Shown: positions 13,383-27,212, numbered from the stretch's first letter. The stretch: 64,000 nucleotides of DNA from Octopus sinensis (GCF_006345805.1 NC_043011.1:14024464-14088463); one strand, 5' to 3'. The notes: generated by a model from the letters alone, not told the origin. Program-made: numbers and translations.

Positions 13383-14284
13383 GTCAAGCAATTTTACAGT
13401 CTAGTAGAAAATATATATCTCTAAATTAAGACAATGCAAGATAGTTACAGAACATTTTTCCCTAAAATGACGAGTTCAGCAACAACCAAATTAGATATTA
13501 CAAACTTCTGTTAACGTTCATAAGTTCTAATTAACATTGAGATAATTTATAGGAACAGGTTGAAGTAATTAGCTGTTATTATTTATATTGATGAATGTTT
13601 ATCATCAGAGAGTGAAATAATTCTATCAGCCAGTAAATTAATTGAAAATATAATAGGAAATAATATCTTAACTTCATAGGGCAAATTGCTGTGGGACTGA
13701 GACAGAAATAGAATCAAAACAATGAAGGATTTTAATCATAGAGAAAGCAAATAAAAATCAATTATCCATAGTTTATACGTAACTCACAGATCATCTACCA
13801 TAGCAACACCGTTGTTAGGAGTTGATGTAGGAATGTAGTGGTCTGAGTGGGGGGCTTAGATAAAAATACTTGTTCTTTTTACTTGCTTCAGTCATTGGAC
13901 TACAGCAATGCTGGGGTACCACCCTGGAGAACTTTTTAGTCAAACAAATCGACCCCAGGACTTAACGTTGCTGCAGTCATCATCATCATCATCATCATCT
14001 GTTTTCCAAGCTAGCATAGGTTGGACAACTTGACTAGAGGTGGTAAGCCTGAGATCTTCACCAGGCTTCAGCTGTTTGTTTTGGCTTGGTTTCTACAGCT
14101 GGATCTCCTTCCAAAAGTATGGATCAAAATTTCTTATTGCTTTGTCATTACAATTTACTTATATATTCTCTTTCAATAAAGAAAAACCAGTCTCTTGCCA
14201 TACTATAATTTCAAACATTTTAATAAGAAGGATGCAAGACAGCCTGCTATGCTAACCCTGGATCGTAGAGTGACCCATTGTTCT

Positions 14285-14655
14285 TGAGGAGACCTATTGA
14301 GTCAAGTACATCAACATCAAAATTCAAATGGAAATTGTAGTTAAGACACCTGTGCCAGTGACATGTAAAAAGCACCGTCCAAATGTGGCAGATGCCAGCG
14401 CCGCCTGGTTGGCATCCGTGTCGGTGACACATAAAAAGCATCATCCGATCGTGGCCATTTGCCAGCCTCGTCTGGCACGTAAAAAGCACCCACTACACTC
14501 ACGGAGTGGTTGGCATTAGGAAGGCATCCAGCTGTAGAAACACTGCCAGATCAGACTGGTGCTTGGTGCAGCCTTCTGGCTTCCCAGATCCCAGTCGAAC
14601 CGTCCAACCCATGCTAGCATGGAAAACGGACGTTAAACGATGATGATGATGATAT
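14285..14655 (+). mobile_element. RTE 3'UTR fragment
   Basis: Ends acggacgttaaacgatgatgatgatg. An inverted partner lies at 13978-14110. Confidence 0.85.
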
Positions 14656-15002
14656 AGCTATTCTCAATATCTACAATAGAACTGGCCACTTATTCTATGA
14701 CGGTATTGACTCTCTGGTTTTTTACATATTTCATTCCATATTTATAAATAGCTGTTCAGTAATATACTATGACATTCTCTACCTTAACCCTCTCTCTCTC
14801 TCTTCTACATAGATTATTATAACAATATATTGTTATTGTGGAATAATCTATGTCATTACTGAACAAATAACTGTCCTAATATCTGTTGCATCACTGACCC
14901 ATTATTCTGTGCTCATGAATATTATGTACATGCTGCTTACATTTACACACACATTGGTGTGTGTGGTATATGTTATATCAGTAAGGAATGGCACAATTAG
15001 TA

Positions 15003-15370
15003 TTCTTCTACTTGTTTCAGTCATGTGCCTGTGGCCATGTAGGAGCACCACCTTTTAGTTGAACAAATCAACCTCAAGACTTATTATTTTTTAAAGTCTG
15101 GTACTTATTCTATTGGTTTCTTTTGCTGAACCGCTATGTTATGGGGACGTGAACACACCAATACTGGTTGTCAAGCGGTGATTCGGGGGGGGGGGGGGCA
15201 AATACACACACACAACGGGCTTCTTTCAGTTTCTGTCTACCAAATCCACTCACAAGGCTTTGGTTGGCCTGAGGCTATAATAAAAGACACTTGCCCAAGG
15301 TGCCCTACTGTGGGACTGAACCTGGAACCATGTGGTTGGGAAGCAAGCTTCTTACACCACACCCGTGCCT
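15003..15370 (-). mobile_element. SINE family A
   Basis: Same motifs. Confidence 0.85.
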
Positions 15371-17562
15371 GAGCTTATGTTGAACAAAAATACTTTTTGG
15401 TATTTTTTAATTAATTCTTTTGTCTCAGTTGGTGAGCAGTAGCATCATTGATTAGATGACCCAATTTTTCATAATTGGTATAAGAATGTAACTTGGTGCA
15501 GAACAACTATCATGAGGAACTTCATGTAGTAATAGCTATTTTTTCTAAATCCCCGCCCCCACTAGTATTTACATCTTTGTTGATATAACTAAAAAAAAAA
15601 AATGGAAAAAAAACCCATATAAACTGTTCACCCAAGTTTTTGGTGAAATACATTTACCCAAGATGTCACGGTGGAATGATACCCATATCAATGAGAAAAA
15701 GAAAATTCCTTTACCACACAGTAATGCCTCTGTTCCTGTGTTGTATGGGTTTGTGGGTCAAAGCATGATCCTCGAATTCAACACATTGGCAGAGCATTTT
15801 TCATTCTAGTCTTGGGTTCGGCAGTTCATTGAAGCAAATTGCTCAGAAGCCTGGTATGTGTTTGTGTGAATGTATGTTATGTAAAAAGCACCCAGGCCAC
15901 TTTGTAAAGTGTCAGGACATCCAGCTGTAAACCCATGCAAAACAGACCTTGCTTGACAACTGGTGCTGGTCTGCTTACATCCCCATAACTTAGTAGTTCA
16001 GCAAAAGAGAGCGATAAAATAAGTACCAGTCTTTAAAAAAAAAGTTAAGTCCTGGGGTCGATTTGGTTGACTAAAAGTTCTCCAGGGTGGTACCCCAGCA
16101 TTGCTGTAGTCCAATGACCGAAGCAAGTATGATGATGATGATGATGATGACTGCAGCAATGGAGGCAATATCCAGCAACAAGACCTCTAAAGTTATTAAG
16201 ACAGCAAGTAACATGGAAAATTAGGTAGACATTTAAAGGAGAAAAAGGCATTAAGAAGTATTGTTGATATCTCTCATCATTGAAATACACGAGAAATTGT
16301 ATATTTCAATGATATCCTTTCCCCCGCAAATATTAAAATGGAACTACTACAATAAAACATCAGCCTTAGCCTGATCAATCACTGATGCAAAGTTATCGAG
16401 AAATCTTCTAAGCTATTGTCTAGCCTCAAGTCAGCTCTAATTCAGTAGATGCATGATCATAGCCATTTCAACCATGACCATCCAGTTCTTTTTTCAGACA
16501 GTGTATATAGGGCTAAATTTCCAATGTCTCCATTGGCAGAGTTGTGATCTGAGAGTTATTTGGTTGTTAATTTTAGCAAGTCAATGCTTTACTCATTTAC
16601 TCAACAGATTGATTAATTATAGGACAGCAGACCTACGGACCACATTATCTAATGTATCCTTTTTTAAGGCAATAGGGTGGCATTTAAATGAAATTTGGTT
16701 GCTTCCAGCAAGTTGAGCGACAGCTTATAGGTTCCTTTATTGGCTCATCTGGAATAAGTTATTGTTTAGCCCCAGGTAAGCCCCATCTGAGCAGACCAAT
16801 GATCAAAAGGACCTTTAGTCATGCCCCATTCTATCTCTAAGGAAGATTTAGATGCTATTTATAACAGGTCAAGAGATTGCTAAAGGCTCCCTTGGGTTAC
16901 AAATGATAGAGGAAATCCTTGTGTATATATATATATATAAAAAAAATTTTTAAACACCTACATTCAAACTGAATACAAGCAGAGCAAGTAGAGAGTGCTA
17001 TAACTAAAGTATGTTCAGCATAATTGTGACCTTGTGACCTGTTTGATAGCAAAGAACTTCTAAGTATTTCTTACAGGAAGGCTTGTAACAATTAAGAAAT
17101 GATAACACTAACAACTGTCACATTCTAACTGAATGACCTCAAAGTTTGGTTTAGAAAAAGTAAACAAATGTACTAATGGTACTGGCTCCCAACCAATTTT
17201 GTTTAATGTTGACTAGAATACCTTTCTTGACTGTTTATAATAACTTCAGGCCCATATGAGGACAACTTCACTTACAGTCTGTGATCTACTGAGGACACGA
17301 TCCAAATTGGATACAGTAAAGCTGAACTGCACAATTGCGACACTTGCTTGGGTAATAAAGATGATGGAGATGGTACACCATTTAACTGGGTAATTAAGAA
17401 AGAGCTGACGCAACACTTGGCTGGGTAATGAAAACAATGAAACATTCGGCTGAGAAATGCAGATGATGGCCATGGTATAACACTTCAATGGGTATGACAG
17501 AATAACACTTAAGTACAACAATTTTGATAGATTACATTTCACTTTTTATTTTCAAGTGCAAA

Positions 17563-18236
17563 GGCGGTGAGCTGGCAGAAACGTTTGTGCACCGGGCAAA
17601 ATGCTTAGCGGTATTTCGTCTGCTGTTACGTTTTGAGTTCAAGTTCCGCCGAGGTCAACTTTGCCTTTCATCCTCTCATCATCATCATCATTGTTTAACG
17701 TCCGTTCTCCATGCTAGCATGGGTTGGACGGTTCGACCGGGGATCTGGGAAGCCAGAAGGCTGCACCAGGCTCTGGTCTTATCTGGCAATGTTTCTAAAG
17801 CTAGATGCCCTTCCTAACGCCAACCACTCCGTGAGTGTAGTGGGTGCTTTTTACGTGTCACCTGCACTAGTGCCAGGCGAGGCTGGCATTGGCCACGGTC
17901 GGATTGGTGCATTTTACGTGCCACCGGCACGGAAGCCAGTCGAGGCAGCACTGGTTTCGGCCACGATTCGGATGGTGCTTTTTATGTGCCACCAACACGG
18001 AAGCCAGTCGAGGCAGCGCTGGCATCAGCCACGATTCGGATAGTACTTTTTACGTATCTCCAGTCCAGGGGTCCTGGCATCTGCCGGGTGTCAGTCATAG
18101 TATTGGTTCAATTTCGATTTCGGGGTCGATAAATAAAGTACCAGTTTCGCACTGGGTCGATGTAATCAACTTAATCCCTTTGTCTGTCCTTGTTTGTCCC
18201 CTCTATGTTTAGCCCCTTGTGGGTAGTAAAGAAATA
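17563..18236 (+). mobile_element. SINE family B split by an RTE tail
   Basis: Halves at 17563-17672 and 18118-18236. Confidence 0.85.
17678..18118 (-). mobile_element. RTE 3'UTR fragment inserted in a family-B SINE
   Basis: Splits SINE B into 17563-17672 and 18118-18236. Confidence 0.85.
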
Positions 18237-21200
18237 TATTTTAAAGTGCATTTCAGTGTCAAATACACAAAACATTCATGCTGAGAACTAGTGCTTGCAA
18301 GAGACATTTGGCAGATCTTCACATACTGCTGTCCATGGAGAAACTGAATATAGCTTATAAAATTGAGGCATTTGTGAGATCACAATTTAACTGAATGAAA
18401 CTCAAATTGTCATATCTCTATGACCTCCAGTAGGAAGAAAAGGTGATGACATCTGTGGACTTTTCCAGCTCTTCCAGACAGACTGATATCAGTGCAATTG
18501 GAGATGTTTAAATTTATCTGTTGGATCGAGCTAGATTTTTTAAATCAAAATGGTTGTCAGTTAACAAAATAATAGGGAATTTCGTGTTATGTAAGTAGAT
18601 ACTACAAGAAATGGTACGATGACATTTCAAGCAAAATGCCACTTATTAAATAATAGCTTTACCTTGACTTATACAACACAAGACCTCTTATCACGTGATC
18701 TCTGATGGATTGTAATTGAAGTTTTACAAATGTTTCTCGATATCTAGAAATTTAAGATGCATTAAAGTATATGAAATTTAATCACAACACACTGCACATC
18801 AAAGTCAATTGGTCCCACTACATGTTTAGTACTTATTCTACTAGCTTCGGAAGGGTGGGGTTAAATCTACTACACTAGGATTTGAACTAGAGACAGAAAG
18901 AGACAATTGTTTTCGATGTTCCCTTAACCTAAAGCGTGTTATGGAAATTGAAAAGCACAATTATCGCATATTTGTATTAAATACCAAAAACGTGACATTT
19001 GGAAAACGAGATCAACCCCGACGAATTAGAACACCAAACCTAGCAAAGTATAATTATCCAATGCAACATTCTATCACTGACCAATCTTTGTAAATGTAAA
19101 AATTGCAAAGAAACTGAATTACATCTGGCTAAATAAAGTATACCTTAAATGCAGCTGCATTGGATAGTACAGAAAAAAAACATTTCAGAAATTTTTATCT
19201 ATAAAATGCAAACAGAATTTATCGTGAGTTTCAGCTTCGTGATTGTTACAACACTTCTTTCAACCACTTAGACATTGCTCCACGCACACCACATATTTTA
19301 ATTGCTTGGGGAATGTGTGTGGGGGGTCCCTTATCTGACCGCGTCAAATTGATAGTAGACCAACTTAAGACGTAAAATTCTGTTTATTCACTCACTCAGT
19401 TTTGCTTGTTAGTCCTTTTCTTACATTTACTACCACCACCACCACCACAGATACTTCAAACATGAGTGTTGTTTATCAGGGAAAAAAATCTACTTTGACT
19501 ATTCTCGATGTAATAATGTTCGTTATTTCAATGAAACATGCCTACTACAACTAGTTTATTAAACTAAATAAAACAGAATAACTTGCCCCAACCAAAGCTA
19601 TAAATAGGCTAAAGAAAATTAGAAATGTGTTTCTATAGTTACCCTAATATATACTGACCGGAGGGACAGAGAAATGTAGGAAGATAACAACATAGTTGCT
19701 ATATAGAAAGTTGTGGGTACTACTAATATGATAGTGCAAGTAATGCCAATGAAAAGAGGAGGGAGGGTCTCATGTGAGGAAATATACATACGTCTATGCA
19801 TGACATGAATATCTATGTATGTGTTTTCAAAGTGTGTGTGTGTATGAATGTGATATAAATGATATTTATATGTGAATGTGAGATAATTGATATTTATGTG
19901 TGAAAGCGCACAGTATATTCACGAATGTGCCGGAGAAGGTTTCGTGTGGGTAAGCTGCATGTTCCAATTATAGAGTAAACAGAATATCAGAAGACCACAG
20001 ATTACGGCGTACCTTGAAGATGGTACGATTTGTGTGCCAGTTCTGAGGCATCAAGAAACAATATCCAGAACAATAATATAGGCCTGTAATATATATATGG
20101 CTCAACAAAGCTGGGAAAATAAAACATTTGCCAAATAAAACTAGTCCAATGACTAGTCTGTTACCCGCTGACTAAATAATGGAAGGAGTCATGAATAGAA
20201 ATAGAGAAAGCATCCAAAGATGTCCCAGGAGATCGGTCGATAAGGACAATAGGTTGGGGGTTAGGAATGTTGGAAGAAAAAAAACGATGGCTGCAAAGAT
20301 TAGTTTCGAAATGGATTGTCTCTCGTAGGTGGAAGAAGATTCCAGCGATGAATATGGCAAAAGAGAGAGATATATTAATAATCGAGAAATGAGGAGACCG
20401 GTGAGTGATGATGCATCTTATTGAAGAGAATGCGAGGTAACATCTAAGCAAAAGATTTGACGAAATATTTTAAAAGACATGGCGAAGCAAAAGTGGGTCG
20501 GAAGATACTCATTAGATTAGTGTAATATTTCAAGATGAAAAAAAAAAAGACAGAAGGGGGAAAATGTAAGAAATTAAGTCGGTGCCTTTTTTTTTCATAA
20601 GTTAAAACTGAACAGATGAAAGGAGAAAAGAAGATAAGGAGTGCGACTAGATAAATTTATAAGTCGACTACATGTTATACTCACGATATTATTATTAATT
20701 GAGAAGAAACAACTTTTGCACGCTTTTTTGGTTTATATATATAATTAGTTGGAAGCAGGTGCCTCGTTTTCTTTTCACATTTTAGGGAAATAAAAAAAGA
20801 TTATTAATAAAGGACAGTTCCGAAGTCTGGGAGTCAACAATGTGTGAGGTGCAGGGAAAGATAAAGAGAAGGCCAGGAAGTGTGGGTAGTGTGTTTAAGA
20901 TGGACATTTAAGAGAGCTGAGGCCATCAATGAGACGATTGTTGTAACAATAAACACCGGTATATGACAATAAATGACGTCGGTAGCTGAGGGATATCATA
21001 TGTAATTCAGAGATAAATCCATACAGCAATAGCTTCTAAAAGACAAACAATAATAATTATCATAATAAAACACATGACACAACAATGATATAACGAGGTG
21101 GGGGGAGGATGACTGAAGCGGGTGGAAGCGGTCAGGTTGCTTCCTATCGAATAAAACGGTGGTACTTACCATTACTGGTTTTAGAGTTTAATGTCGCAGA

Positions 21201-21344
21201 GAAAAAATTGTCAAAATCAATGTATTCATGTAAAAACAAAAGAGGGGGAAAAAAATCCAGCGATTAAATAGATCGACCGATCTAAATGCCTGTGATTTCT
21301 ATTGCCGGAAACACTAGTTCAATTACTCTGAATTACATTCACTT

Positions 21345-22040
21345 TTAGTCTTTCTTGTTTCTACATGTTTCTTTCTCTCTCGACTCTCCACTTTTATTTC
21401 TCAAAGCATCTCCCTTTCTCTATTTATTACTCTATCTACACCTCTCTCCCCTCTCTATTTATTACTTTATCTATACGACTCTCCCTTCTCTATTTATCAC
21501 TCTATCTACACCTTTCTCTCTATATGCACCTTCCTCTTTTCTACCGTATTTTTCTCATTCTCCCTCTCTCTCACTTGTACAAACTTCTTCTTCCTTTCCC
21601 ATATCTTTCTCTCTCTCTCTATTTTCTAATTTTACATATCATGCTCTCCCCCAACCTCTTATTAGCTTTCTACACCTTTCTTTCTCTCCCTATTGCTTTG
21701 CTTCTCTTCGTTCAGCTCTCTCTTTCTCTCTTTATTTCAGATTCACTCTCACACTCTCCACTTCGCTCTTTAATACATATCTCTCTCCTTACTCATCGCT
21801 TTAATATTTTTCTCACCCCACTCATTTCTCTGCCTGTCTCTCTCTCTCTCTCTTCCTTTCCACACACACATCTATCTTTCCGTTGTCACTTCCCCAATGA
21901 CTCTTCCTCAGCTGTCATCCCTTTGTCACAACTTTACTCTTTCTCTCCTCTTTATCCTTGTTTGTCACTACAAACACCCAATGTTTCCCTCCACCCAGTT
22001 GCGGCTACGACTTACAGCAACCCTCTAAGCTCTTCGACAT
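21345..22040. repeat. ~700-bp CT-rich low-complexity tract
   Basis: Strongly pyrimidine-biased plus strand (ctctct, tctat). Confidence 0.85.
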
Positions 22041-23307
22041 AAAAGCTATCTTCCGTTAAAACTATTTCCACTCAGAACCATGCATATTTATATTTTGTCT
22101 CTGCTTAAAATCGGAAATCCATAATTATGAATTAAAAAAACTGTTTACCTACTTTATACATCATCTTCTGTTGTTTTATGAGAATCGTCGAGATCCGTGT
22201 GGGTAGATATCTATCATCCGTGTTTGCGATACAAAATAATCTTTGTCACCAGACACTACTCGCTTCTGGAGTTTCCTTTGTTATTACAAGTCCACACTTA
22301 ATTAAAAAATTGTCCTTGTCAGTGTGAAAATTGTTCGTTTACCGAAACCAGATGGTTTAAAATCTATTAAGTCGACATCCCCTTGTTACGTTTAATAATT
22401 GGGCATAATTGTCTCAGTGATAGAGTATACTTTTTTTTTTGGGATCTAACGGCGGCTTTATATATTAAGTTTAAAACCGATGGATGAAGTAAATGCAAAG
22501 TTTTCTATTCATTCTCTTTCTTTCGTTCTCCCTTTCTTTCTGCCCCCTTCCAACAATCCGAAATAATGCCGGAGTTAATTTTTCTGTTAATACTCTTATT
22601 TTCCTTTAATTAAATCAATTAAAATTTTAAGCAACGTTAGTGTAAATGTTTTTTGGGAGATTTCACAAAACAGTTAAGTTTAATACATTATCATTGACAT
22701 ATTGTTTGTGTAATTTCTTCAGCTTTCAGTCAAACTATATAAACAAGGTGTTGGTATGTTAGCTATCAATTTATTGATTATAATTAGGAAATTAAGAAGA
22801 CACCGGGTAAACATAATCAAAAGAATTCACACAATATCTCCCGCGATAATAGGAACAATGATTGAAGGGAGATAACTTGCAACAATTTTAGGTTGATAGT
22901 ATTGGGTCATTTGGTGCGGTGCTAATTTTCTGGGCCAGCAAGGAATTTGAACGTTTTCGTTTATTTTTTGAGATAATTAACATTCCGGGCAAAGATACAA
23001 ACATCATCACCAGATCCTATTTTGTCTTCATCAATAATCGTATGTCTAAAGTTTTGAGATAGGTTAATATTAAATTTAATTTTTTTGGAAGATAAACTTA
23101 ATTGTCTCAAAATTGAGAATGATTTTGTAAAAAAATTTATTTGTTCAATATTTAAGGAATAAATCTTTCTACAAATCACAATAGACTAACACACCCACCC
23201 ACACACACACACATTCACAGCCTTAAGTAGATGAAATAAAACATCCCTTGATAATATGATTGTCTATTGCCATAATTTTCCTTTGGAGTTATCTGCAGTT
23301 TAAATAA

Positions 23308-23338
<31 letters not shown>

Positions 23339-23371
23339 ATATTAGGGAGTATAATTTAATATATATGTATA

Positions 23372-24840
23372 TCATCATCATCATTTAACATCCACTTTCC
23401 ATCCTAGCATGGGTTGAATGATTTGACTGAGGACTGGCGAACCAGATGGCTGCACCAGGCTCCAGTCTGATCTGGCAGAGTTGCTACAGCTGGATGCCCT
23501 GCCTAACGCCAACAGCTCCAAGAGTGTTGTGGGTGCTTTTACATGCCACCAGCATGAGGGCCAGTCAGGCGGTACTGGCAACAGCCATGCTCAAATGATG
23601 TTTTTTACACGCCACCTGTATAGGAGCCAGTCCAGCAGCACTGGCAACGACCTCGCTTGGATGTTTTTTCACGTGCCATTGGCATTTTTACGTGTCACCG
23701 GCACAAAAGCCAATCAGCTGCTCTGGCAATGATCACGCTCATCAAATTTGATTCGCTTTCGATTTCACTTGCCTCAACAGATCTTTGCAAGCAGAGTTTA
23801 GTGTCCAATGAAGGAAAGGTATGCATAAGTGGGCTGGTTACACCCCTGGCATAGGCCCTGGGTTATTGTCTCACTTGGCTTGCCAGGTCTTCTTACGCAT
23901 ATTTCCAAAGGTCTCGGTCACTAGTCATTGCCTCAGCGAGGCCCAATGTTCGAAAGTCACGCTTCACCACCTCATCACAGGTCTTCCTGGGTCCGCCTCT
24001 TCCACAGGTTCCCTCAACTGCCAAGGTGTGACACTTCTTCACACAGCTATCCTCATCCATTCTTGCCACATGACCATACCAGCACAGTCGTATCTCTTGC
24101 ACACCACATCTGATGATTCTTAGGTCCAACTCTTCTCTCAAGGTACTTACACTCTGTTGAGTATGCACTCTGACATTACACATCCAACGGAGCATACTGG
24201 CTTCATTCCTTGCGAGCTTATACATGTTTTCAGCAGTCACAGCCCATGTTTCACTGCCGTGTAGCATGGCTGTTCATACACATGCGTCATACAATCTACC
24301 TTTTACTCTGAGTGAGAGGCCCTTTGTCACCAGCAGAGATAAGAGCTCTCTGAACTTTGCCCAGGCTATTCTTATTCTAGCAACTGCACTTTCACCGCAT
24401 CCTCCCCTGCGACTAACTTGGTCACCTTGGTAACAGAAGCTATCAACTACTTGGAGTTTTTTCACCTGGAATGTGGCGGAAGTTGTTCTCTGCATATTTT
24501 CAGTGTTTATTGCTCCTGAGCATCTGCCACATACAAAAACTATCCTCCCAGTTAGCCTTCCTTTGATATTGCTGCACCCCTTATGTGTCCATAGCTTACA
24601 CTGGGTACCTCTTATAGAGTTTCTACCTACGCCTTTTCTACAGATTTAGCAGGGCCATCTACTGGAAGGGATTTGTGGTTTGTCTGCCTTCCTACTTATT
24701 AGGACTTTAGTTTCAGCTAGGTTGACTCTAAGGCCCTTCAATTCTAGACCTTGCTTCCACACCTGAAACTTCTCCTCTAGTTCTGATAGTGACTCAGCAA
24801 TTAGAGCAAGGTCGTCAGCATAGAGGAGCTCCCAGGGGCT
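23372..24840 (-). mobile_element. 5'-truncated RTE LINE with 3' ORF end, 3'UTR and (GAT)n tail
   Basis: Runs from PWELLYADD through LHGSETWAVT...GRGGPRKT...DRDLWKYA, with frameshifts. The 3'UTR ends in gatgatgat at about 23375. Confidence 0.93.
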
Positions 24841-24853
24841 ATAAAAAAATAAT

Positions 24854-25232
24854 AGGCACAGGAGTGGCTGTGTGGTAAGTAGCTTGTTTACCAACCACAT
24901 GGTTCTGGGTTCAGTCCCACTGCATGTGTCTTCTACTATAGCCTTGGGCCAACGAAAGCCTTGTGAGTGGATTTGGTAGGCGGAAACTGAAAGAAGCCCA
25001 TCGTATATATGTATATGTGTGTGTGTTTGTGTGTCTGTGTTTGTCCCCCAACATCGCTTGACAACCGATGCTGGTGTATTTACATCCCCGTCACTTAGCG
25101 GTTCGGCAAAAGAGACTGATAGAATAAGTACTGGGCTTACAAAGAATAAGTGCTGGGGTCGATTTCTTTGACTAGAGGTGATGCTCCAGCATGGGCACAG
25201 CCAAATGACTGAAACAAGCAAAAGAGTATAAG
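24854..25232 (+). mobile_element. SINE family A
   Basis: Abuts the 5' truncation of the RTE at 24840. Confidence 0.9.
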
Positions 25233-25479
25233 AGTATTGATAAAGATAATTTGCTTAGTTCATAAGTTAATTTTTCCATTCAGTGGAAAACTGCAAGAGA
25301 CAAGAACATTATTACTCTTTATTTAGAACTAAAGGGTTTGAGACAAACTAATCTGTATGTAAGCATAAAAGAATGAGGCAATTGATGACCTGGTAAGAGT
25401 TAAATGATCAGAACATCGAGTTAGGACTGAAGGCATAACCAGGAATGAGTTATCTGATTACCTGATTATATATACACTT

Positions 25480-25538
25480 TAGATGAGTTGTAGTGCACCT
25501 GGGCACTGTACACAATTATTATTATTATTATTATTATT
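25480..25538 (+). mobile_element. Very short CR1 3' tail
   Basis: gagttgtagtgcacctgggcactgtacacaa(tta)n. Confidence 0.6.
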
Positions 25539-26086
25539 ACATGAAGGAGAATTAACCAATTAAAATGTAGTATAGCTGATAGTTTATCTTCCAGGTTTGG
25601 AAATGACCAAGCAACATTTATATATATGTCAAATCTTACACAGTTTAGTTGCAAAGCAAATATGCAGGTTACCAATATCTTGTGGAATTGAAACCAGAAC
25701 CATATGGTTGCCAAATGAACTTCTTAAGTACACAGCTATACTTGATTTCAGTTTTGGTCACCATGACTTGTACTATAATGATATAAAATAATTGAAGAAA
25801 TATAAATGTATCACCTGATATAGAGCTGTGGAAACTAGAAAAACATATATCAGACAAGTTATTTATTTCAAATACATTTATTCATACTCATGCACTGAGG
25901 TTTCTGATATTTTTCTGATCAAAGCACCAGTAATGTTAGCCTGTAGGTACTGGTAAACATTGTAACAGATTTAACCTCCTCTGTATGTGTGTCTAACAAT
26001 ATCAGAGGTTTGGTGATTAACTACCCAGCAAACATAACCAGGAACTGAACTAATAACATTCAGATTATAAATTCTGTTCAAAAGTG

Positions 26087-26506
26087 GGATCTTTTCGGTT
26101 TGAACGGCAGTTTTTCCTAGCGGTGTCATATGAAATTGTCACCCATAATTATGACCCTAGTATCGATCTATTGCATTTCAATCTATTTTAGGGTTAGGGT
26201 TAGGGGTGGGGGGAAGGGTATCTTTTTTTCTTCACAAATATAAATAAATCCAATCTGTTTCTTAAACGAGGGACATATTCATATGGCACAGAATGTTTTT
26301 TTTACCTCAATAGACGTCAGTGATTGGTTGAAATTGCAGAAATTGAAGAAAAAAAAACAACACATATCTTACAAACTATAGAATTTTCTCAATAAAGCCA
26401 AGAGAAAAAGATGTTTTATAAACACATTCTACCAGTATACGAAGTTTAAAATTTTTTAGTTACCTAGAAATTATGTTAAAAATTGCCGTTCAAACCGAAA
26501 AGATCC
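26087..26506. mobile_element. MITE with ~30-bp TIRs, 8-bp TSD and internal (TTAGGG)n (Merlin-like?)
   Basis: TIR GGATCTTTTCGGTTTGAACGGCAGTTTTT. TSD caaaagtg on both sides. Confidence 0.88.
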
Positions 26507-26811
26507 CAAAAGTGCTGATGTAAAGCATCTCAGGGAGTATTCTTCATATTCAATACACCTATAATAGAATCTCATACTTATACTGCTTGGGTTATTGAAC
26601 TTTGATCATTCAGGCAGTCAACAAAACAAACCTCATTCTAAGTGCTTAAAATCTAAAATCAAGGGAGATAACCCCAAATAAACTCAAATTGAAATTTTTT
26701 TCCTTTTACTTGTTTCAGTCATTTGACTGTGGCCATGCTGGGGCACCGTCTTGAAGAGTTTTAGTTGAACAACTCGAACCTAGGACTGATTTCTTTAAGT
26801 ATAGTGCTTAT

Positions 26812-27212
26812 AGGCGCAGGAGTGGCTGTGTGGTAAGTAGCTTGTTTATCAACCACATGGTTCCGGGTTCAATCCCACTGCGTGGCACCATGGGCAAGTG
26901 TCTTCTAGTATAGTCTCGGGCCGACCAAAGCCTTGTGAGTGGATTTGGTAGACGGAAACTGAAAGAAGCCCGTCGTATATATGTATATATATGTGTGTGT
27001 GTATGTTTGTGTGTCTGTGTTTGTCCCCCTACCATTGCTTGACAACTGATGCTGGTTTGTTTATGTCCCCGTCACATAGCGGTTCGGCAAAAGAGACCGA
27101 TAAAATAAGTACTAGGCTTACAAAGAATAAGTCCTGGGGTCGAGTTGCTCGATTAAAGGCGGTGCTCCAGCATGGCCGCAGTCAAATGACTGAAACAAGT
27201 AAAAGAGTAAAA
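26812..27212 (+). mobile_element. SINE family A
   Basis: Full length. Confidence 0.9.

Noticed and set aside
17246-17542. 98-aa minus ORF with a gtaagt donor at 17278, or a plus frame with an internal TGA
   Set aside because: No recognisable homology. An internal ~73-nt repeat is out of frame, arguing against coding constraint.
22961-23179. 72-aa ORF resembling a mitochondrial presequence
   Set aside because: Starts at a non-ATG codon, AT-rich composition explains the residues, and there is no splice continuation.
24646-25221. 191-aa ORF ending in ELLYADD...
   Set aside because: Chance in-frame fusion of an antisense family-A SINE to the truncated RTE; not a gene.
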